From the NCBI RefSeq assembly GCF_032193805.1, contig NZ_JAVBIK010000001.1:1070033-1102032 (forward strand): a stretch of DNA of 32,000 bases, written 5' to 3'. The notes below the pieces were generated by a model, which made no database searches, had not been told where the DNA came from, and saw only the letters and a program-made list of their open reading frames with translations. Origin of the DNA: Rhodoferax potami. Its GTDB lineage: Bacteria > Pseudomonadota > Gammaproteobacteria > Burkholderiales > Burkholderiaceae_C. Positions 26,533 to 32,000 of the stretch are shown here, in pieces; the stretch's first letter is position 1, and each line of letters begins with the position of its first letter. Position numbers and translations under genes: made by a program.

Positions 26533-26551
26533 TGCTATTAAAACAATAGCA
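26533..26551. promoter_or_regulatory. inverted repeat TGCTATT-N5-AATAGCA upstream of the recombinase gene
   Basis: Perfect 7-bp arms, 25 nt before the ATG at 26576, in an AT-rich stretch. Confidence 0.25.
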
Positions 26552-26575
26552 AAGCGGCCAGAATTCGGGCGATAA

Positions 26576-27151
26576 ATGATTTTTGGATATGCGCGGGTTT
26601 CAACCACTGAGCAAGATACAGCCCTACAAATTACCGCCCTGAAGCTTGCTGGGGCAAAAACCATTTATCAGGAAAAAACGTCATCCGTTGGTGCTCGTCC
26701 TGAACTTCGGAAAATGCTCGGGTGCCTTACAAAAGACGATTGCGTCATTGTTTACAAGCTCGATCGACTGGCACGAAGCCTAAAGGATTTGCTACAAATT
26801 TTGGAACAAGTAGAAACAACCGGTGCGAAGTTTCGAAGCCTTACAGAGCCAATCGACACAGTTACTCCAGCTGGAAAACTCATGCTCAACATCTTGGGGA
26901 GCTTTGCTGAATTTGAACGTTCACTCATTCGTGAACGGGCAATGGCAGGGCAAAAAGAAGCAATGAAAGCGGGCAAACATTGCGGACGACCTCGAACCCT
27001 TACCGACGAACAAGAAAACGATATAAATCGTTTATACAACCAAGGCTTTTACAGCTTGGCCAACCTCGCTCAGATTTTTAGCTGCTCTCCAAGCGTCATA
27101 AAACGCACTGTGTATCGCGTTCAAAAACCTTCGTCCTCTTCTCTCCGTTAA
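26576..27151 (+). CDS. small serine recombinase (resolvase/invertase family), presumed prophage integrase
   Basis: 191 aa. MIFGYARVSTTEQDTALQ (catalytic Ser motif), VYKLDRLARS, SFAEFERSLIRERAMAG and a C-terminal HTH. The stop lies 32 nt before the attR core. Confidence 0.92.
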   Translation: MIFGYARVSTTEQDTALQITALKLAGAKTIYQEKTSSVGARPELRKMLGCLTKDDCVIVYKLDRLARSLKDLLQILEQVETTGAKFRSLTEPIDTVTPAGKLMLNILGSFAEFERSLIRERAMAGQKEAMKAGKHCGRPRTLTDEQENDINRLYNQGFYSLANLAQIFSCSPSVIKRTVYRVQKPSSSSLR

Positions 27152-27183
27152 ACTTTGGCCTCTGCGGTTGTTGTCCGAAAGCG

Positions 27184-27196
27184 ACAGCTTCCGCCA
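27184..27196 (+). repeat. attR core: ACAGCTTCCGCCA
   Basis: Exact copy of tRNA-Ser positions 16398-16410. Confidence 0.75.
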
Positions 27197-27239
27197 AACA
27201 CTTCTTTGGCGCAGTGCTCAGGCGTCACAACGCCGCCAC

Positions 27240-28478
27240 ATGACCACCGACGCATCCCTTCCCCCACTCTCGACGCTGTTCAAGCACCAGGCTTTCGTCC
27301 GCTATTGGTTTGCCCGGATTGCCGGCATCATGGGCAACCAGATGCTCATGGTGGCGGTGGCTTGGCATATGTATGACCTGACCTCCAGCGCCTGGGACCT
27401 CGGGCTCGTGGGGCTGTTTCAGTTTGTGCCAGCACTAGTGATGACGCTGCCCGCCGGGCATGTGGCCGACCGCCTGCACCGTGGCCGTATCTTTGCCGCC
27501 TGCATGGCCCTACAGGCTGGCGTGGCGCTCACGCTGCTGAGTGCCACTATGGGGAACTATGCATCCCGCGAACTCATCCTGCTCATCTCCGTCGTGTTGG
27601 GCCTAGCCCGCGCCTTCCAGATGCCGGCCCAACAAGCTCTGGTGGCACTGCTGGTGCCCACTAACTTGCTCGGGCGCGCCGTGGCGCTCAGCTCCACCGG
27701 CATGGAGATCGCGGTCATCAGTGGGCCGGCGCTGGGTGGGCTGCTCTACGCGCTCGGGCCTACCAATGTGTACATCTGCTGCACCGTGCTGATGCTGCTC
27801 GCAACCGGCCTGATTCTGGCCGTGCATTACCGGCACAAACCTTCCAACCTGGCCGCCAGTTGGTCCACCCTGTTTGCCGGCGTGCGCTTTGTGTGGGAAC
27901 GCAAACTGCTGCTGGGTGCCAGCTCACTAGACTTGTTTGCAGTGTTGCTGGGGGGCGCCACTGCCTTGCTGCCGATTTATGCGCGCGACATCCTGCACAC
28001 CGGGCCTACGGGCCTGGGCTTTTTGCGGGCGGCTCCTGCGGTAGGCGCGCTCGCCATGTCGCTGGTAATCACCCGCTGGCCCTTGCGCCGGCATGTGGGC
28101 AAGCGGCTGCTGAGCGCCGTGGCGGTGTTCGGGCTGGCCACCGTGCTGTTCGGCCTATCCGAATCCTTCTGGTTGTCCCTGTTCGCGCTCACCGTGACCG
28201 GTGCGGCGGACTGCATCAGCGTGGTCACCCGCAATACCCTGGTTCAGCTGGAAACACCAGACGAGATGCGCGGGCGCGTGGCCGCAGTCAACTCCATCTT
28301 CATCGGCGCCTCCAACCAGTTGGGCGAATTCGAGTCCGGCGCCACGGCTGCCATGTGGGGCCCGGTGGGCTCAGTGGTGGTGGGCGGCATCGGCACCATG
28401 CTGGTGGCAGGCTTGTGGTTCAAGCTGTTCCCGGCTTTGGCTCACCGCGATCACATGGAACCCCAAGGCAAGCGGTAA
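27240..28478 (+). CDS. MFS transporter (MFS_3 / enterobactin-exporter-like)
   Basis: About 412 aa from the ATG at 27240. FVRYWFARIAGIMGNQMLMVAVAWHMYDLT... with about 12 TM helices. The ORF-track start at 27168 would span attR and is rejected. Confidence 0.85.
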   Translation: MTTDASLPPLSTLFKHQAFVRYWFARIAGIMGNQMLMVAVAWHMYDLTSSAWDLGLVGLFQFVPALVMTLPAGHVADRLHRGRIFAACMALQAGVALTLLSATMGNYASRELILLISVVLGLARAFQMPAQQALVALLVPTNLLGRAVALSSTGMEIAVISGPALGGLLYALGPTNVYICCTVLMLLATGLILAVHYRHKPSNLAASWSTLFAGVRFVWERKLLLGASSLDLFAVLLGGATALLPIYARDILHTGPTGLGFLRAAPAVGALAMSLVITRWPLRRHVGKRLLSAVAVFGLATVLFGLSESFWLSLFALTVTGAADCISVVTRNTLVQLETPDEMRGRVAAVNSIFIGASNQLGEFESGATAAMWGPVGSVVVGGIGTMLVAGLWFKLFPALAHRDHMEPQGKR

Positions 28479-28493
28479 ACGGCTACCGAGCGC

Positions 28494-29195
28494 TCAAGTC
28501 CACAAGTCCAGCGGCGGGTCGGCCACCACGGCCCGCAAGATGTCGGAACGGGACACAAAGCCCCGCACCGCGCCCTCCTCATCCACCACCGGCAAACCGG
28601 GCAAGCCGGTATCCAGCAGCACGCGCGCAAGCCGGCGGATGTCGGTATCGGCGGCCACGCTGGGCACCGGCGTCCACATCACCTCCTGCACGCTTTGGGC
28701 CAGAAAAGCGCGCCATACCAGCGCATGGGCATCGGCCTGGGGCAGATGCTCTGCGCGGGTCAACTCCGCACGGGTGAGCAGCCCCACCAAAACACCCTCT
28801 GCAGACACCACGGGGGCCTGCGCGATGCCATGCTGGTTGAGCAGCGCCCAAGCGTCTTCGATGGTGTAGGTGTCCGATACCGTCACCACCTCCAAGCTCA
28901 TGATGTCGGCCACCCGGGTCAATGGCTGGCGAGTCTGCGCAGGTTTGCGAACCTCGCCATAGGCTGCCAGTGCCGTCCGGTGCGCGATGTCGGTCGCGGG
29001 CGCCTCATAGGCAGGAGTGTTCAGCGCATCAGCAAAGCGTCGGGTGTTGTGATCTTGGGCGTCCACGCCCAGCGCTTCGATGCGGCGGGTGCGTGCGGCG
29101 CGGCGTATGCCGCTTACTTTGCCCAGTTCTTCGAGCGAGCCCCGGAATATCTGCCCGGCTGTACCGTACACCGAAAACATGGCGTCCCCCTCCAT
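28494..29195 (-). CDS. CBS-pair domain protein
   Basis: 233 aa (alternative ATG at 29180). Two CBS repeats: IMSLEVVTVSDTYTIEDAW..APVVSAEGVLVGLLTRAEL and VMWTPVPSVAADTDIRR...LPVVDEEGAVRGFVSRSDIL. Confidence 0.8.
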   Translation of the reverse strand: MEGDAMFSVYGTAGQIFRGSLEELGKVSGIRRAARTRRIEALGVDAQDHNTRRFADALNTPAYEAPATDIAHRTALAAYGEVRKPAQTRQPLTRVADIMSLEVVTVSDTYTIEDAWALLNQHGIAQAPVVSAEGVLVGLLTRAELTRAEHLPQADAHALVWRAFLAQSVQEVMWTPVPSVAADTDIRRLARVLLDTGLPGLPVVDEEGAVRGFVSRSDILRAVVADPPLDLWT

Positions 29196-29222
29196 GGCCG
29201 GATGGGCCGCGGCGCAGCCTCT

Positions 29223-30458
29223 TCAGTCCGGATTGGACAGGAAAATTTCCTGCAAGTCACTCAAAAAGTCGAAACCTTTGACCGTGGGGCGCACCCGAGC
29301 AAAGTCCCGCTCGATCAGGCCTTTGCGCTCAGCCTCCTCCAGCCCCTTTTGGATGGCGGTAATGGCCAGACCGGTGCGCTCGGTAAAGTCGCGCAGCCCG
29401 AAACCATTGCGCAGGCGCAAGGCGTTGAGCATGTATTCAAACGGCAAATCGGCCCGAGCCACTTCTTCGTCTTGCGCCACTGCATGGCCGGCCAGCGCCT
29501 GCTCCATGTAGCGGGCCGGGTCCCGAAAGCGCACCTGCCGCACCACCCGGTGGGCAAAGCTGAGCTTGCTGTGCGCGCCGGCACCTATGCCCAGATAGTC
29601 GCCAAACTGCCAGTAGTTGACGTTGTGAAAGCAGCGGTGTCCTTGGCGTGCATAGGCAGACACCTCGTACCGGTCCATCCCGGCCGCAGCGGTGGCCTCG
29701 GTGATGCGGTCCAACATCGCGTAGGCCGTATCGTCTTCCGGAATCTGCGGCGGGAACTTGGCGAAGTAGGTGTTGGGCTCGATGGTCAGGTGGTAGATCG
29801 AGATGTGCGGCGGCTGGAACTGCAGCGCGGTGGCCAGGTCTTGATCGAGCTGCGCCTGCGTCTGCCCCGGCAGGGCGTACATGATGTCAAGGTTGAAGGT
29901 GTCGAACGAGGCAGCCGCCTCTTCGACTGCCGCCAGCGCCTGCGCACGGTCATGCACCCGGCCCAGGGCTTTCAGGTGGGTATCGTTAAAGCTTTGCACC
30001 CCGATGGACAGCCGCGTCACGCCAGCGCCCCGGAAAGCCTTGAAACGGTCTTTCTCAAAGGTGCCAGGGTTGGCCTCCATGGTGATTTCGCAGTCCGCCT
30101 CCAGCCGTAGCCGGGCACGGATGTCGCCCAACAGCCGGTCAATAGACTCGGGCGAAAACAGGCTGGGCGTGCCGCCGCCGATGAAGATGCTGTGGATGTT
30201 GCGCCCCCAGATCAGAGGCAGCGCGGCCTCGAGGTCAGCGATTACTGCGTCGATATAGCGCTGCTCTTGCACGCCATCTTTGGCCTGCTCGTGGGAATTG
30301 AAGTCGCAATAAGGGCACTTCTTGATGCACCAGGGCAGATGGACATACAAAGACAAAGGCGGCAGCGCACTGAACTGCAAGCTGCCAGGGCGCATGTAGT
30401 GCTGGATGTCGCGCTGCACCGCGGCAGCGCCCTCGGCAATGGGCGTGATCGGAATCAT
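29223..30458 (-). CDS. hemW: radical-SAM heme chaperone HemW (HemN-like, YggW)
   Basis: ATG at 30458, 5 nt after the rdgB stop. YVHLPWCIKKCPYCDFNS carries the CxxxCxxC motif, followed by a HemN_C-like tail. Conserved rdgB-hemW synteny. Confidence 0.9.
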   Translation of the reverse strand: MIPITPIAEGAAAVQRDIQHYMRPGSLQFSALPPLSLYVHLPWCIKKCPYCDFNSHEQAKDGVQEQRYIDAVIADLEAALPLIWGRNIHSIFIGGGTPSLFSPESIDRLLGDIRARLRLEADCEITMEANPGTFEKDRFKAFRGAGVTRLSIGVQSFNDTHLKALGRVHDRAQALAAVEEAAASFDTFNLDIMYALPGQTQAQLDQDLATALQFQPPHISIYHLTIEPNTYFAKFPPQIPEDDTAYAMLDRITEATAAAGMDRYEVSAYARQGHRCFHNVNYWQFGDYLGIGAGAHSKLSFAHRVVRQVRFRDPARYMEQALAGHAVAQDEEVARADLPFEYMLNALRLRNGFGLRDFTERTGLAITAIQKGLEEAERKGLIERDFARVRPTVKGFDFLSDLQEIFLSNPD

Positions 30459-30463
30459 GCTGC

Positions 30464-31069
30464 TCAGGCTCCGAGCCAGTTCGTGCGGATCAATCCAGCC
30501 ATCGCAGCTGCTGCACGGCCACGGTGGCTGTGGGCGTTTTTGACTTCCACTGGCAGCTGGGCAAAGGTCTGGCCGAACTCGGGGATCCACATCACCGGGT
30601 CGAAGCCAAAGCCGTTGCTGCCCACCGGCTCAGGCGCAATCTGCCCGACTACACGGCCCACGGCAATCAGCGGCTCGGGGTCGTCCACACTGCGCACTGC
30701 CACCAAGGTGCTCACCAGCGCAGCGCGGCGGTTGGTCACGCCCTTCATTTGCTCCAGCAAGGCGGTGACGTTGTTGTCATCCCCTTTGGCGTAGCCGAAC
30801 TGGGTGGCGTAGTAGGCCGTATCCACGCCCGGCAATCCGCCAAAGGCGTCCACACACAAACCGGCGTCATCGGCCAGCGCGGGCAAGCCAGTGTGCTGGG
30901 CCGCGTTGCGCGCTTTGGCCAGCGCATTTTCAATAAAGGTACGAAACGGCTCGGGCGACTCGGGCACGCCCAGGTCGCCCTGGCGCACCAGCTCACAGCC
31001 CAACGGGGCGAACATGGCATTGAGCTCGGCGAGCTTGCCCTGGTTATTGGATGCAAGAACAATCTTCAT
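30464..31069 (-). CDS. rdgB: non-canonical purine NTP pyrophosphatase (RdgB/HAM1)
   Basis: 201 aa. MKIVLASNNQGKLAEL..., FIENALAKAR, ADDAGLCVDALGG-type motif and GFGFDPV. Confidence 0.92.
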   Translation of the reverse strand: MKIVLASNNQGKLAELNAMFAPLGCELVRQGDLGVPESPEPFRTFIENALAKARNAAQHTGLPALADDAGLCVDAFGGLPGVDTAYYATQFGYAKGDDNNVTALLEQMKGVTNRRAALVSTLVAVRSVDDPEPLIAVGRVVGQIAPEPVGSNGFGFDPVMWIPEFGQTFAQLPVEVKNAHSHRGRAAAAMAGLIRTNWLGA

Positions 31070-31113
31070 AAGAAATAGGCCTCTGGCGCCCGCAGAATAT
31101 GCGCGAGCAGCTA

Positions 31114-31842
31114 TTATTTTGATAGTGCCTGCTGCTGCAACAGCATGAGTTCGCCCACACCTTTTTCAGCCAGCGTCAGCAGTTGGTCCATCTCGGCTCT
31201 GGTAAAGGCCACGCCTTCGGCCGTGCCCTGCACTTCTACAAAGTGCCCGGCGCCGGTCATCACCACATTCATGTCGGTGTCGCAGGCCGAATCTTCGGTG
31301 TATTCCAGGTCCAACAAGGGCCTACCGTCCACAATGCCGACGCTGATGGCCGCCACGGCCGCAGTGATGGGCGTCTCGGTGATCTTGCCGGCCGCCAGCA
31401 AACCATTGACCGCGTCTTGCGCCGCCACAAACGCGCCGGTGATGGCTGCGGTGCGGGTGCCGCCGTCGGCCTGGATCACATCGCAATCGAGCTGGATGGT
31501 GCGCTCACCTAGTTTCTTGAGGTCAAACACTGCGCGCAGCGAGCGGCCAATCAGCCGCTGAATCTCTTGGGTGCGGCCGGTTTGCTTGCCGCGGGCGGCC
31601 TCGCGGTCGCTGCGGCTGTGGGTGGCGCGGGGCAGCATGCCGTATTCGGCAGTGACCCAACCTTCACCACTGCCCCGCTTGTGCGGTGGCACTTTTTCTT
31701 CAACAGACGCAGTGCACAGCACCTTGGTGTTGCCAAACTCAATCAACACCGAGCCCTCAGCGTGCATGGTGTAGTGGCGGGTGATGCGCACCGGGCGCAA
31801 TGCATCGGCGGCGCGGCTAGCGCTGCGAACCATGGTGTTCAT
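31114..31842 (-). CDS. rph: ribonuclease PH
   Basis: 242 aa. [49 protein letters not shown] and [21 protein letters not shown] upstream of the ATG at 31842. Confidence 0.95.
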   Translation of the reverse strand: MNTMVRSASRAADALRPVRITRHYTMHAEGSVLIEFGNTKVLCTASVEEKVPPHKRGSGEGWVTAEYGMLPRATHSRSDREAARGKQTGRTQEIQRLIGRSLRAVFDLKKLGERTIQLDCDVIQADGGTRTAAITGAFVAAQDAVNGLLAAGKITETPITAAVAAISVGIVDGRPLLDLEYTEDSACDTDMNVVMTGAGHFVEVQGTAEGVAFTRAEMDQLLTLAEKGVGELMLLQQQALSK

Positions 31843-31879
31843 GGAATGATCCTCAAAAATCCGGCAGAGCCGGAACTAC

Positions 31880-32000
31880 TCAAAGCTTGCGGGCTGCGGA
31901 GCGGCGAATCGCTTCATTGATCTCGGAAATCGAGCGCTCAATGGCCTCGTCGTCCAGGTCGTCCACCTCGGAGTCCGCCCACGCTGCCTGCACCGTCGAG
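31880..32000 (-). CDS. 3' end of an unidentified CDS (partial, continues beyond the right edge)
   Basis: The minus-strand frame is open from the window edge to TGA (31880-31882): ...EVDDLDDEAIERSISEINEAIRRSAARKL*. A short CCGGC/GCCGG hairpin plus a T-run follows. Confidence 0.3.
   Translation of the reverse strand, partial: STVQAAWADSEVDDLDDEAIERSISEINEAIRRSAARKL

Larger units (their letters stand above)
16398..27196. mobile_element. integrated filamentous (inovirus) prophage, phiRSM-like, with AT-rich cargo, inserted at the tRNA-Ser 3' end
   Basis: Bounded by the 13-bp direct repeat. Contains a Rep_trans initiator, pVIII-like coat, pIII-like, pVI-like and Zot/pI genes, plus a resolvase-type serine recombinase at the attR end. 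G+C drops to ~52% in the phage core and ~32% in parts of the cargo, against 65-70% in the flanks. Confidence 0.8.

Noticed and set aside
27168-27239. The upstream start (27168) of the MFS ORF given in the ORF track.
   Set aside because: It would begin in phage-derived DNA and read across the attR core. The ATG at 27240 begins the conserved MFS N-terminus.

Overview
High-GC (about 65-70% by hand counts) proteobacterial chromosome segment. The gene content looks Burkholderiales-like, but that is inference only. From left to right:

(1) Housekeeping and redox genes: a YgiD-type extradiol dioxygenase, an orphan ABC ATPase, a cytochrome b561 + 2x YceI operon, and a NOX/ferric-reductase-like flavocytochrome followed by a DUF2132 protein.

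(2) A two-component pair. The 1203-aa hybrid histidine kinase has an NCS1 (purine/cytosine permease-like) transporter body and a Cys-rich cluster as its sensor. Its partner is a REC-LuxR regulator. The pair is transcribed divergently from the urease cluster.

(3) A urease cluster, ureA-ureJ-ureB-ureC-GNAT-ureE-ureF-ureG, with a sigma54-type promoter candidate. No ureD is present in the window.

(4) tRNA-Ser(UGA), followed by a ~10.8-kb island bounded by a 13-bp direct repeat of the tRNA 3' end (16398-16410 and 27184-27196). The island is a filamentous (inovirus) prophage carrying:
- a reverse-oriented HTH repressor-like gene
- a Rep_trans-type replication initiator
- a chain of tiny overlapping ORFs
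- a major coat protein, a pIII-like protein, a pVI-like protein and a Zot/pI ATPase
- a small resolvase-type serine recombinase next to attR
This layout matches what I recall for Ralstonia phiRSM-type phages.

Between the morphogenesis genes and the recombinase sits a strongly AT-rich ~3.4-kb cargo block of orphan ORFs, including a membrane protein and a protein with a transglutaminase-like Cys-His-Asp pattern. This is my best candidate for an undescribed phage-borne system.

(5) On the right flank: an MFS transporter, a CBS-pair protein, hemW, rdgB and rph.

No rRNA genes, CRISPR arrays or IS elements were seen. Many long antisense 'shadow' ORFs in the high-GC parts were discarded.
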